This document shows, in pieces, positions 9,038 to 19,296 of a DNA stretch of 64,000 nt. The notes beneath the pieces are model-generated. The model saw nothing but the letters and a program-made list of their open reading frames with translations, had not been told where the DNA came from and searched no databases. Origin of the DNA: Spirochaetales bacterium (lineage in GTDB: Bacteria > Spirochaetota > Spirochaetia > SZUA-6 > JAFGRV01); assembly GCA_016930085.1 (NCBI GenBank), contig JAFGHO010000067.1, positions 1,041 through 65,040 on the forward strand, in the 5' to 3' direction. Every line of letters begins with the position of its first letter. The first letter of the stretch is position 1. The translations under genes were made by a program, and so were the position numbers.

Positions 9038-9772
9038 ATGGATAGAATCATTTTCGGGTATCATTCGATTGAAGAACGGCTTGAAAAAGGGGCGGGGAAG
9101 GCATGCCTGCTTTATTCAAGGGAAAAAGGAAGGTGCGGTCATATCATGGCACTGGCGGAACGGAAAGGTATCCGCGTGCAAAAGGTAAGTGAGGATGAAC
9201 TCGACAGACGATGCGAACGGCAAAAACACCGCGGTCTTCTTTTGATTATAGAAGGTATTCCGGAAGAACGGGTTGAAAAGGGGTCGTTTGTTGCCGAAAT
9301 CGATTCCCCCCATCCCGTTGTTCTCCTCCTTGACGGGATAACGGATCCTCATAATTACGGGGCCATTCTTCGTTGCGCAGACCAGTTCGGGGTTGACAGT
9401 GTGATCGCCCCGAAGCGGAAGTCGGCGCATGAAACGGGTGTAGTTCATGTCACCTCCGCGGGTGCTTCGGCATACGTCCGCCAGGTGGTTGTGGCGAATC
9501 TCGTGCATGCAATCGATCTTTTGAAAAAAGACGGATTCTGGATATACGGGGCTGATGCCGAGGGCGTGCCCGTTTATAATGTTGACCTTACCGGAAAAAT
9601 CGGAATAATCCTTGGAAGCGAGGGAAAGGGGATGAGACGGCTGGTACGGGAAGCATGCGATGCGATTATCGGCATCCCGCAGCGGGGGCATATCAATTCC
9701 CTGAATGTATCTGTTGCCGCCGGGATACTCCTTTACGAATGCAGGCGCCAACAGGGCCTTGAAAAAAAATGA
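9038..9772 (+). CDS. rlmB: 23S rRNA (guanosine-2'-O)-methyltransferase, SpoU/TrmH family (RlmB-like)
   Basis: SpoU_sub_bind N-domain followed by SpoU methylase motifs (LLLDGITDPHNYGAILRCADQFG; IGIILGSEGKGM; NSLNVSVAAGILLYE). Start chosen at MDRIIFGYHS. Confidence 0.75.
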   Translation: MDRIIFGYHSIEERLEKGAGKACLLYSREKGRCGHIMALAERKGIRVQKVSEDELDRRCERQKHRGLLLIIEGIPEERVEKGSFVAEIDSPHPVVLLLDGITDPHNYGAILRCADQFGVDSVIAPKRKSAHETGVVHVTSAGASAYVRQVVVANLVHAIDLLKKDGFWIYGADAEGVPVYNVDLTGKIGIILGSEGKGMRRLVREACDAIIGIPQRGHINSLNVSVAAGILLYECRRQQGLEKK

Positions 9773-10926
9773 ATATCCGGGAAGTGACCGCAAAAACAAT
9801 ACTGCGGAAATATAAAACAATCGATTCCTGGTTCATTTCACGTTACGGAATGAACCTCTACCGTGGGTGCGTTCATAATTGCATCTATTGTGACGGCAGA
9901 AGTGAAAAATACCTCGTCGAGGGCGAGTTCGGACACGATATCGATGTCAAGGTGAATGCGATCGAATTATTGCGCCGCGAACTCGATCCCGCGCGAAAAC
10001 GAAAACCCTTCAGAGCTTCTTATTTTCTTATGGGGGGCGGGGTGGGGGACAGTTACCAGGCGGTCGAGAGAAAATACCGGCTTTGCCGGCAGGCCCTCTC
10101 CCTCTGCCTTGACTTTTCCCACCCGGTGCATCTTTTGACAAAATCCACGTCCGTGGCGGAAGATATCGGACTCATTAGAAAAATACATGAAAAGCGCGGT
10201 GCGATCGTGTCCTTCAGTTTTTCAACTGTCGATGAAAAACTCGGCCGGCTCCTGGAACCCGGCGTTCCTTCTCCGAAAGAACGGCTCGAGGTGATGGCCC
10301 TGGTGAAAAAGGAAGGCATCCCGTGCGGCATGTTCCTGCTTCCCGTCGTTCCTTTTGTCACCGATACGGAAGACCTGATCGAAGCGTCCGTAAAAAAAGC
10401 CGCCGAAGCCGGGGCCGACTTTGTTATTTTCGGTCCGATGACCATGAAAAGGGGGCGGCAGGGGGATTATTTCATGAACACGATCCGGTCGTCGTTTCCG
10501 GACATACCGGAGAAATACCGCGCTGTCTACGGAAACGATGAATGGGGAAATCCGGTATCCTCGTATACCGATATGGTTCATGGACGGGTTGCCCCGATCG
10601 CATCGCGATACCGTATGCCGCTGCGCATTCCCATCGGACTTTTTGATACGCTGCTCGATGAAAACGACAGGGTAATCGTGCTGCTGCAACATATCGATTA
10701 TCTTCTCAAAATACGGGCTCAACCTTCTTCATTCGGTTATGGGGCCTACCTTCTTTCAAAACTCACGAAGCCGTTTTCGTCAATAAAAGAAGAGATCGAT
10801 AATATGGCCCGGCTGAATAAACGCGTTAAACAAACGGTTTTCGAAATTCTTCGAACGGGTTCCTCGTCACTCTACCGCCGGTTATGTCATTTTGAATTGC
10901 CCGTCTTGAGAACGCGAAAAGGATGA
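9769..10926 (+). CDS. Radical SAM protein, SplB / COG1533 (DNA photolyase-like) family
   Basis: N-terminal NLYRGCVHNCIYCDG (CxxxCxxC). Start overlaps the rlmB stop (ATGA). Confidence 0.65.
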   Translation: MNIREVTAKTILRKYKTIDSWFISRYGMNLYRGCVHNCIYCDGRSEKYLVEGEFGHDIDVKVNAIELLRRELDPARKRKPFRASYFLMGGGVGDSYQAVERKYRLCRQALSLCLDFSHPVHLLTKSTSVAEDIGLIRKIHEKRGAIVSFSFSTVDEKLGRLLEPGVPSPKERLEVMALVKKEGIPCGMFLLPVVPFVTDTEDLIEASVKKAAEAGADFVIFGPMTMKRGRQGDYFMNTIRSSFPDIPEKYRAVYGNDEWGNPVSSYTDMVHGRVAPIASRYRMPLRIPIGLFDTLLDENDRVIVLLQHIDYLLKIRAQPSSFGYGAYLLSKLTKPFSSIKEEIDNMARLNKRVKQTVFEILRTGSSSLYRRLCHFELPVLRTRKG

Positions 10927-10934
10927 AATCGCAC

Positions 10935-10963
10935 TTGACAGGGATACCGTAAAAAGTTATTGT
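10935..10963 (+). promoter_or_regulatory. Sigma70-like promoter (TTGACA-N17-TATTGT) upstream of trpE
   Basis: TTGACA at 10935-10940, 17-nt spacer, TATTGT at 10958-10963. No Trp-codon leader peptide or T-box was recognised in the 200-nt leader. Confidence 0.4.
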
Positions 10964-11167
10964 TTGCCTGCGTGAAAAAAAAACTGAAGTGGTTTTTCAG
11001 AATGCGTCAGACAAAAAAAGTGATCAGCCAGAAAGTTCATCCCCATGCCTTGAGACGAAAAGCCCCTTCAGTCGTAAAAGCGACGTATAAGAACTTCTTT
11101 ATGCCGGATCGAACGAAGTGAGTAATAAACGATCGAGATATTTTCACAGTATTCGAGGTGAAACGAT

Positions 11168-12580
11168 TTGAGTACGACAGTACCATTAAAACAGGGCCTT
11201 CTCAAAATTATCCCCGGTGAACGATTTACGCCCTTCTCCCTTGCATTGAAACTCCAGGCAAAAGTCATTCTGGAATCAGCTTCCTTTCACAAAGGGCGCG
11301 AGCGATGGTCCATCCTTCTGCTGAACGAGGCCTTCCGGGTATTCGAAACAAAACAGGGTATTTATATCGACCGTGACGGCAAGCGTTTTATGATCAAAAC
11401 CCCGGCCCGCGATATTCTCGATGTCCTTCTTTATATCGCCAACCAGCATGAAACCACCGACTACGATTTTCCGGTTCCTTCGGGGGGAATCGGATATATT
11501 ACCTATGAGAGCGCGTCGAAATTCGATACCATCCGCCTCATCGACAAACCGGACCGGATCGGTATTCCGGACGCTTTTTTTATCGTCGGCAACGTGTACC
11601 TTATTTTCGACCACTATACCGACTCGATTTTTCTTCTGGGACTCAATTATAATGAAAAAAAGATCGATCTCGAAGCGACACTTGCGTCAATTGAAAAACG
11701 GATAAATGATCTCGATTTCAATTTCATGACCTCATCGCCCGGTACCTATAATGCGGAGGTTATGGAAGTCAAAGGCGAGCGGGACAGGTTTCTCCAGGGC
11801 GTTATGGAGGTGAGAAAACATATCATCTGCGGCAATATTATCCAGGGGGTGCTCTCGAGGCGGGTATATATAAAAACCGGACTTCCCGCGATCGAAGCGT
11901 ATAGGAATCTCCGGGCACTCAATCCGTCGCCGTATCTTTTTTGTCTTGATTTTGACGCCTTCCAGATTTTCGGTTCTTCACCCGAGGTTCATGTGAAAGT
12001 GAAGAATAAAAAGGTGGAGATCCGGCCCATCGCCGGGACGAGAAAACGGGGGAAAAACGAGGAAGAGGAGATCGCTTTGCAAAAGGATCTGCTTTCGGAT
12101 GAAAAGGAACTCGCCGAACACCTCATGCTCGTCGATCTTGCCCGAAACGACATCGGGCGGGTTTGTATGCCGGGAAGCGTCGAATTGACTGAAAGTATGG
12201 TGATAGAAAAATATTCCCACGTGATGCATATCGTTTCGCAGGTGGAAGGAATCCTCGAAAAGGACAAAACGGGGGCGGACGCGCTGCGGGCGACATTTCC
12301 GGCAGGGACCGTGTCCGGTGCCCCGAAGATAAAGGCCATCGAGATTATCGATTCCCTGGAACCGGAAAAACGGTCTTTTTACGCCGGTATCGTCGGCTGG
12401 CTCGAACCCGGCGGCGATCTCAATTCGTGCATTACCATACGGAGTGCGTTCAAGAGAAAGGATCTTCTCGTCCTCCAGGCAGGGGCGGGAATCGTGTACG
12501 ATTCGGTACCGGAGAAAGAGTACGAGGAAACTTCGAACAAATTGCGGGCACTCGGGAAAGCGGTAGGAGTAGAGGTGTGA
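11168..12580 (+). CDS. trpE: Anthranilate synthase component I
   Basis: Chorismate-binding C-terminal domain (LMLVDLARNDIGRV...GAPKIKAIEIIDSLEPEKRSFYAGIVGW). Apparent TTG start with RBS GAGGTG 7 nt upstream; there is no in-frame ATG near the N-terminus. Confidence 0.9.
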   Translation: MSTTVPLKQGLLKIIPGERFTPFSLALKLQAKVILESASFHKGRERWSILLLNEAFRVFETKQGIYIDRDGKRFMIKTPARDILDVLLYIANQHETTDYDFPVPSGGIGYITYESASKFDTIRLIDKPDRIGIPDAFFIVGNVYLIFDHYTDSIFLLGLNYNEKKIDLEATLASIEKRINDLDFNFMTSSPGTYNAEVMEVKGERDRFLQGVMEVRKHIICGNIIQGVLSRRVYIKTGLPAIEAYRNLRALNPSPYLFCLDFDAFQIFGSSPEVHVKVKNKKVEIRPIAGTRKRGKNEEEEIALQKDLLSDEKELAEHLMLVDLARNDIGRVCMPGSVELTESMVIEKYSHVMHIVSQVEGILEKDKTGADALRATFPAGTVSGAPKIKAIEIIDSLEPEKRSFYAGIVGWLEPGGDLNSCITIRSAFKRKDLLVLQAGAGIVYDSVPEKEYEETSNKLRALGKAVGVEV

Positions 12581-12581
12581 T

Positions 12582-14180
12582 ATGTTTGTATTGATCGATA
12601 ATTACGATTCGTTTACCTATAATCTTTTTCAGTATATCACCGAGATCACGGAAAAAGAAGTTAAGGTGTTTCGAAACGATGCGGTCAAGGATATGAAGGA
12701 CATCGAGCGGCTCAAGCCGGAGGCGATCATTATTTCACCCGGCCCGGGAAGGCCTGAGGAAGCCGGTATTTCGATTCCGGTTGTCAAACACTTTGCCGGC
12801 AAGGTACCCATCCTGGGAGTGTGTCTCGGACATCAGGTAATCGGCGTCGCCTTCGGTGCCAAGATAAAGCAGGCGCGGCGGATCGTCCACGGTAAGGTCG
12901 AAAATATCATGCTCGACGGAAAGGGTCTTTTCAGGCAGGTCCCATCTCCTGCACGTTTCACCCGTTACCATTCGCTTTCCGTACGGGAGGACACACTGCC
13001 TGAATCTCTTGAAATTACCGCCTTCGCGAATGACGGTGAGATTATGGGACTTCGCCACAAGAAATATACGATCGAAGGAATACAATTCCATCCGGAATCG
13101 ATCGGCAGCGAATTCGGCAAACGCATTCTCAAAAATTTTCTCAACTACAAGCGGGAGGCCTTTGATACGAGGGGTTGTCTGGCACGTCTCATCGAAGGTC
13201 AGAGTATGAGTTTCCAGGAAGCTGAAGGATTTATGGATGAAGTGACCGACGGTAATTTTTCCGATATCCAGCTTTCCGGATTTCTCGTGGCCATCAACGC
13301 AAAAGGGCCCAGTCCGGAAGAGATAGCGGGGTGCGCGTCGATTCTCAGAAAGAAACGAAAAGTGCTGGATGTCCCGTTTCCGGTTCTCGATACCTGCGGG
13401 ACGGGGGGGGACGAACTGGGGACGTTCAATATATCCTCGCTCGCCGCGATCGTTTCGGCCGCCTGCGGGGCCCATGTCGCAAAACACGGCAACCGTGCGG
13501 TCAGCAGTAAAAGCGGGAGTGCCGATTATTACAAGGAACTGGGAATCAATATCGAATTACAGCCCGATGCCGCAAAAATATTGATCGAAAAGACCGGTTT
13601 CACTTTTCTTTTTGCGCCCCTCTACCATAAAGCGATGAAATATGCCGGGCCGGTAAGGCGTGAACTGCGGCTCAAGACAATCTTCAATCTTATCGGTCCG
13701 CTTTCGAATCCGGCGTGCGCCCAGTACCAGTTGATCGGTGTCTATTCAAGCGATCTCTGCCTGCCGGTGGCACGGGCTGCCAGGTTACTTGGCGTCAAGC
13801 GGATCATGGTTGTCCATGGCCTTGACGGGATGGACGAGATATCGGTCTCTTCTCCCACAAAGGTGGTCGAGATAACCGAGTCCGGCGATGAAAAACAGTA
13901 TATTTTCGACCCGAGGGATATCGGTCTCACAATATACCGGTCCGAAGAATTGAAAGGCGGAGATTCGAGTGTCAATGCGCAGATTACCGGCGAACTTCTT
14001 ACCGGTGTGAGGCTCGAGGCGGTACGGGACGCGGTTCTTCTCAACAGCGGGGCCGCCCTGTATATCGCGGGTATTACCGATTCGATAAAAGCTGGGTATG
14101 ACAGGGCGATGAAGGCGCTTGTGGAAGGGAAGGTCAGGGAAAAACTGAGCCGGATTGTTGAAACGAGTCAGTCATTGTAG
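12582..14180 (+). CDS. trpGD: Bifunctional anthranilate synthase component II (GATase) / anthranilate phosphoribosyltransferase
   Basis: N-terminal class-I glutamine amidotransferase (ISPGPGRP, GVCLGHQ, H-E near FHPES). C-terminal TrpD (GTGGDELGTFNISS, HGNRAVSSKSGSAD). Confidence 0.9.
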   Translation: MFVLIDNYDSFTYNLFQYITEITEKEVKVFRNDAVKDMKDIERLKPEAIIISPGPGRPEEAGISIPVVKHFAGKVPILGVCLGHQVIGVAFGAKIKQARRIVHGKVENIMLDGKGLFRQVPSPARFTRYHSLSVREDTLPESLEITAFANDGEIMGLRHKKYTIEGIQFHPESIGSEFGKRILKNFLNYKREAFDTRGCLARLIEGQSMSFQEAEGFMDEVTDGNFSDIQLSGFLVAINAKGPSPEEIAGCASILRKKRKVLDVPFPVLDTCGTGGDELGTFNISSLAAIVSAACGAHVAKHGNRAVSSKSGSADYYKELGINIELQPDAAKILIEKTGFTFLFAPLYHKAMKYAGPVRRELRLKTIFNLIGPLSNPACAQYQLIGVYSSDLCLPVARAARLLGVKRIMVVHGLDGMDEISVSSPTKVVEITESGDEKQYIFDPRDIGLTIYRSEELKGGDSSVNAQITGELLTGVRLEAVRDAVLLNSGAALYIAGITDSIKAGYDRAMKALVEGKVREKLSRIVETSQSL

Positions 14181-14390
14181 CCCGCTTCAGGTCATATGAA
14201 ACTCAGGGCGCCGATGGCTGTGCATATATAAACGGATGCAGATAACCCGTCTTCCCCATTCGAATGACGCTGCCTTCCCCGGACAACACCGGCCGGCTTT
14301 GGTTGCCGTGTACCGGCTTCCGGTAGATACATCCCGACAGGTCAGGTGCTGAAATATACCCCGAAGATGATTGTCAAGAAAGGATCGGGC

Positions 14391-15809
14391 ATGGATATAT
14401 TGACGGAAATTGTCGAAAAACGAAAAAATATGGTAACACAGACAGGCTTCACGATGGGGGAAGACGTTCCGGAAGAAAGGGAGGTGCCCGTCGTCCCTTT
14501 TGTCCGCGATCCGCTGCTTGTCTGTGAAATAAAGCGGAAGTCGCCTTCAAAAGGAGATATTTCACTCCGTCTCGACGCCGCCGGACAGGCCGAACAATAT
14601 TATCGTAAGGGAATCAGGTCCGTTTCCGTTCTCACCGAACCCAATTATTTTGCCGGTTCACTTTCCGATCTTATCCGGGTTAAGCGGACATTTCCCGATC
14701 TCGCCGTGCTTCGAAAGGATTTTCTCTTTTCGAAAGAGGATGTCGAGGTCAGCTACCGCGCGGGCGCGGATGCCGTGCTTCTTATCGCCGCCATTTTAGA
14801 TGAGGATGCCCTCGAAACGATGTACCGGAAAGCCAAAGGGTTGGGGATGGAGGTGCTTTTGGAGGTTCACGACGAAAACGATATCACGAAAGCGGCGGGC
14901 GTCAGGCCCGTGCTTACCGGGATCAATGCACGGGACCTGACCACCTTTACCATCGATCTCACCATTCCCTTACGGCTGAAACCTCATATTACATGGCCGA
15001 CCTCGCTGATCTTCGAATCCGGTATTCTACGGGAAGAGGATGCCGCGCTTCCGCTTTCCTCCGGTTTCCGCGGCCTGTTGATCGGTGAGGCGGTCGTGAA
15101 AAATTCCGGACTCATCGATGAAATTTTAAGTCTTTTCCCGGGAACATCGCGTCGCTTCTGGACCCGTTTGTACGGCGCGCGGCCGCCGTACGTGAAGATC
15201 TGCGGCATCACCCGTGAAGACGACGCGTACCACGCGGCGGATGCCGGGGCGGATATCCTCGGCTTTGTGTTTGCGCCCTCCCCCAGAATGGCGGAACCGG
15301 CGCTGCTCGAAAAAATCGGGAATTGTGATATTTTGAAGGTGGCCGTTGTCGTCACCGACCGGGGAAGCCGCGAACTCGACGGCCGGGTTCGCGGCCTTCT
15401 GGAAAGGGGGCTTCTTGATGCCGTGCAGTTTCACGGGGACGAACGGCCAGATGAGTGTTATACCATGGCCTTCCCGTACTATAAGGCCCTCAGGATACGG
15501 GATGCAGATGATTGTAAACGGATTTCGGACTATCGATGTCCGCGGGTACTTATCGACGCTTTTTCATCTGCCGCAAGGGGCGGTACCGGAAAACAGATTC
15601 CCCATGACCTTATCGGGGAGGTGCAAAAGGCGGGACCTCTCTGGCTTGCGGGCGGCATGGGGCCGGAAACGATTTCAGAAATTATGCAGCGGTTTACTCC
15701 CGAACTTGTCGACGCGTCGAGCAGACTCGAAAGCGCACCGGGAGAAAAAGATCCGGATAAGGTCAATGCCTTCATCGATGCGGTAAAAAAAGTGCATCAA
15801 AGCCGGTGA
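14391..15809 (+). CDS. trpCF: Bifunctional indole-3-glycerol-phosphate synthase / phosphoribosylanthranilate isomerase
   Basis: N-terminal IGPS (CEIKRKSPSKGDI, LLIAAIL). C-terminal PRAI (VKICGITREDDAYHAADAGADILGFVF). Start chosen at MDILTEIVEKRKN; a GTG at 14346 is the alternative. Confidence 0.85.
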   Translation: MDILTEIVEKRKNMVTQTGFTMGEDVPEEREVPVVPFVRDPLLVCEIKRKSPSKGDISLRLDAAGQAEQYYRKGIRSVSVLTEPNYFAGSLSDLIRVKRTFPDLAVLRKDFLFSKEDVEVSYRAGADAVLLIAAILDEDALETMYRKAKGLGMEVLLEVHDENDITKAAGVRPVLTGINARDLTTFTIDLTIPLRLKPHITWPTSLIFESGILREEDAALPLSSGFRGLLIGEAVVKNSGLIDEILSLFPGTSRRFWTRLYGARPPYVKICGITREDDAYHAADAGADILGFVFAPSPRMAEPALLEKIGNCDILKVAVVVTDRGSRELDGRVRGLLERGLLDAVQFHGDERPDECYTMAFPYYKALRIRDADDCKRISDYRCPRVLIDAFSSAARGGTGKQIPHDLIGEVQKAGPLWLAGGMGPETISEIMQRFTPELVDASSRLESAPGEKDPDKVNAFIDAVKKVHQSR

Positions 15810-15891
15810 TTCCCTCGGTATTAAGGCGGAAAAGCGATCTGTTTTTTTTCACGATAATTGACGATAACCTTGATAGGAGCGATTAAGAAAT

Positions 15892-16653
15892 ATGGGATAC
15901 AGAAAATTGAGTCCGGAAGAAATATCCGATGTTGTCGCGAAGATTCGGACAAAATACACCTTTTACTGCAAGACATTTTTCAAATCGAGTAGATTGAAGG
16001 ATGAGTTCGAAAACAGGTATATGATCACGTTGAAAAAGGGTTATGATATTTCCAATTTTCTGCTCGCCGAAATTAGTGTGATCGAGGAACTGATCAGGAA
16101 AGAGGAAGATAGAATCGCGCACAGCAAACCGAAAGAGGACAGTAAAAGGCGAAATTTTGCGGATAAAATCATTCTGGAAAATCTTGAGAAGATAAGGAAA
16201 TATCCCCATCTGGAAGTGCACCGCGACGCGAACGAGGAAATCAAATATTTAAGCGGGGCCTTGAATACGATCTATGAAACCCATATTCCCATGTTGCACG
16301 GATTAAGCAGGCATATTGAGGGTAATCTCAGCGTAAAAACCATCGAAAATCAGGAATCCAGGCTGAGGGTCCTCGCCTATGGCGGGAAAACCTCGATTCC
16401 TTCACAGCTTTCCAGATATGTCGCGTACCTGAACCGCTTCCCGCGGGATTACCGGGCAATCGAGTGGGAGGAAAAGGAGTACATCCTCGAATCCGCATTC
16501 ATCCTGCATGATATGTTTGGAACCCTTTCGACGATCCTTCAGACCACCTCGACCCTCCCGAAGCCCGAACAAACGCAGCTCATGGATATTATCGCGTATA
16601 TCCGGGGTATGATCGAAGATTTCCGGCTTAAGGATCTCAAGCGTAAGAAATAG
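15892..16653 (+). CDS. Hypothetical protein
   Basis: 253-aa ORF. Clean coding appearance, no recognisable domain. Follows the trp cluster. Confidence 0.45.
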   Translation: MGYRKLSPEEISDVVAKIRTKYTFYCKTFFKSSRLKDEFENRYMITLKKGYDISNFLLAEISVIEELIRKEEDRIAHSKPKEDSKRRNFADKIILENLEKIRKYPHLEVHRDANEEIKYLSGALNTIYETHIPMLHGLSRHIEGNLSVKTIENQESRLRVLAYGGKTSIPSQLSRYVAYLNRFPRDYRAIEWEEKEYILESAFILHDMFGTLSTILQTTSTLPKPEQTQLMDIIAYIRGMIEDFRLKDLKRKK

Positions 16654-16782
16654 CGAGATGCGGCAACAGCGGTAGTATACATCCACTCATGAACATAATG
16701 AAACCAGTGAGGAAATAATCGCAGGATTAAAGGCAGCTTTTACGAGATAATTTCGGCCGAACGGTATTGGTGGTTATGGTTT

Positions 16783-17325
16783 TTAAAGACGTAGTATCCA
16801 AAAAGGTGTATAATGACTTGTATATATGGATAACAATCTATTTCGACCTGGTAGATGTTGAATTATCTTAGACAATTGTCGTAAATTCCCTCGATGATTT
16901 TGTTGTATGCGATTATCCTCAGTACTCCATTGCTGAAATCTTTTCTTTAATTCTTCGATCAGTCTATCTCCAAATTCCTCTATCAGTGCCAAAAACAACT
17001 CCAATAACCACCTCACCAATTGGGCGATACTAAAACAATTCAAGTCCGCGTGAAGCATCTTGATCTTTCTATACTCATCTTCCGTGAAATACACATGAGC
17101 GTGTACACGTTTTTCGTCCGGGTTATCTGATACCGGTTGATACCGGCTCATCCTTTGTTTTCCCCATCGATGCTCCGTGATGATCAAAGGATCGATAAGA
17201 GAAATGATTCCTACAATGACACCGGATAAAGAATACCTCGAACCGAAAAGATGCACGTTTAGCAGCTTCGCTATCATCGTGTCTGTCATGATAATATGAA
17301 ATTCATGCTTTCTTGCTTGTATCAT
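16783..17325 (-). CDS. Hypothetical protein in AT-rich islet
   Basis: 180-aa ORF in a conspicuously AT-rich stretch (~16.66-17.49 kb). No recognisable domain. Confidence 0.4.
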   Translation of the reverse strand: MIQARKHEFHIIMTDTMIAKLLNVHLFGSRYSLSGVIVGIISLIDPLIITEHRWGKQRMSRYQPVSDNPDEKRVHAHVYFTEDEYRKIKMLHADLNCFSIAQLVRWLLELFLALIEEFGDRLIEELKKRFQQWSTEDNRIQQNHRGNLRQLSKIIQHLPGRNRLLSIYTSHYTPFWILRL

Positions 17326-17490
17326 GTAACACTCCCTGGATAATTGTTCTTCTACATTGTATAACGCTAAAAAAGTGTAATGTGCATTGATTTTTTAAAA
17401 GAAATAAAAAAACTGATTTTATTTGCTACGATATACATTTTGTTTTATAGTAAATTTATAAGCTAATGTATTTACCATAAAAGGAAGGGT

Positions 17491-17949
17491 ATGAAAAAAA
17501 AGAGGTATTGTCTGGTTTGTATTATGCTGCTTGGTGGAATCTTTCCGCTTTCCGCGCAATCGAACGAGATGCTCGATGAGCTGCTTTCGGAAGAGAGTGT
17601 ATCGTTCGGTAATGCCGTTTACATCGTTTTAGCGGGTGCCGGTCTGATCGGGGAAGGTGTGTCCGTCGAGGAGGCGGTCGGTATCCTTTTGGAACAGCAA
17701 TGGGGAATAAAAGGAAAGTCTCCGGAGGAACCCATCCACCTCGATGAATATTCGTTTCTGCTTATGAAAGCCTTGATGAAAGGGGGCGGATTGATGTATA
17801 CCCTGTTTCCTTCACCCCGTTACGCCTACCGGGAACTCGATTACCGGGGGCTTATCGAACAGCCCGCCGATCCCGGAAGAACCGTCTCTGGAGAAGAGGC
17901 GCTCAGGATGCTGGCCGGAGTACTCGCATTGAAGGAGGATGAAGGATGA
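17491..17949 (+). CDS. Secreted hypothetical protein
   Basis: Signal peptide (LLGGIFPLSAQS). First gene of a co-directional run of secreted proteins. ATGA overlap with the next gene. Confidence 0.55.
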   Translation: MKKKRYCLVCIMLLGGIFPLSAQSNEMLDELLSEESVSFGNAVYIVLAGAGLIGEGVSVEEAVGILLEQQWGIKGKSPEEPIHLDEYSFLLMKALMKGGGLMYTLFPSPRYAYRELDYRGLIEQPADPGRTVSGEEALRMLAGVLALKEDEG

Positions 17950-19283
17950 AGATACCGGTGAAACAGATCCTTGCCTGCGGATTGTTCATCCTGCTCGTGC
18001 TTCCTGCCGCGGCTATAGATTACGGGCTTACCGCCGACAACATAGTGACAATCTCTCAGGAAGCCGTCTTTTCCGGCAATTACCTCGGTAAAGCATCGCC
18101 ATGGATTTCATATGAAAGCGAGCACGTCTCCTTTGCACTCCAGGGGGTGTACATTTATACCTTCGAGATTCCCTTGTATATCGATCTCGATTATATGATG
18201 CTCGAGTACCGGACGCTTTTTTTCGGGGATTACACGGGCTTGTTTTCCGTGAGGGGAGGGCGCTTTCCCGTTTCCGATTTCACGGGTTGTGTCCTTAATC
18301 ACAAACTCGACGGGGTCCGGTTCGATTTCGCGAACGCGGGTTCCGAAATATCATTTTTCGCCGGGTACGCGGGACTGCTTCTCAAGCCGTACTCGACCAT
18401 CAGTCTAAGCAAGGCCGATATCTCTGATACGGGGGAACCTGATGTTATTCTGGCGCCCCCGCGGTTAGTCGGGATGCTGCAAATCGCCTTTCCGGAACTC
18501 TTTCCGAAACATACGATTACCGCGTCCTTCCTGGGGCAGATCGATCTGAGAACGGACGGACTCATCGAGGAGGGCGCGGGGACCTACGACGCTTCGACCG
18601 GCGGCTACCTTCATACCGTATATACCGGGGCCGGGCTTTCCGGTGGAATAGGGCCCGCTTTTTTTTACGATATCTTCGGGTATGCGGGTACCGGCGGCAT
18701 GCTCTCTTTTATCGGGGATATAAGCGGGATCGGGTTATATCAGTATAAACCGATTTTTTCCTTTCTTGCAGGCTTATCGATGAGAGTGTATTTCGATGAA
18801 CTGCTTCACTCCCGTCTTGGTGTTTCCGCGTTGTACGCGTCGGGAGACGCGGATTTCTCGGATTTTTATGAAGGAAATACCGATGGGGAGGCGAATCAGT
18901 TTATACCGATCGCCCATGAACCGGTCGCGCTTGTTTTCGCCCCGCAGCTTTCGAATATCGCGGTATGCGGACTTTCCTGGTCGATCAAACCCCTTTCTGC
19001 CGGTAAAGGCGATTTCATGCAGAACTTCCAGACGCAACTCACCGCCCAGGTTTTTCTTCGTCCGACGGCGGGTCCTATTTCAGAAGCGGGTTTGAACACT
19101 GATTCGGATGCCGTGTACCTTGGGATGGAGATCGACGCAACCATCAATATGAGAGTGCTTTCCGATGTCGGCTGCTCGATTTCCGCCGGTTGTTTCATCC
19201 CGGATAACACAGACGGCGGGGCTTTCGAAGGAAGCAGGGATGTCGAAATGGCCGCCAGGTTCGAGCTTTCAGTCGGGTTATAA
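17946..19283 (+). CDS. Secreted hypothetical protein (possible outer-membrane protein)
   Basis: Signal peptide. 445 aa, Gly/aromatic-rich with alternating hydrophobic segments. Translationally coupled to neighbours. Confidence 0.5.
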   Translation: MKIPVKQILACGLFILLVLPAAAIDYGLTADNIVTISQEAVFSGNYLGKASPWISYESEHVSFALQGVYIYTFEIPLYIDLDYMMLEYRTLFFGDYTGLFSVRGGRFPVSDFTGCVLNHKLDGVRFDFANAGSEISFFAGYAGLLLKPYSTISLSKADISDTGEPDVILAPPRLVGMLQIAFPELFPKHTITASFLGQIDLRTDGLIEEGAGTYDASTGGYLHTVYTGAGLSGGIGPAFFYDIFGYAGTGGMLSFIGDISGIGLYQYKPIFSFLAGLSMRVYFDELLHSRLGVSALYASGDADFSDFYEGNTDGEANQFIPIAHEPVALVFAPQLSNIAVCGLSWSIKPLSAGKGDFMQNFQTQLTAQVFLRPTAGPISEAGLNTDSDAVYLGMEIDATINMRVLSDVGCSISAGCFIPDNTDGGAFEGSRDVEMAARFELSVGL

Positions 19284-19296
19284 AGGAGGCTGATTC

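Noticed and set aside
12735-13487. 250-aa minus-strand ORF
   Set aside because: Antisense to trpGD, whose TrpG and TrpD motifs are unambiguous.
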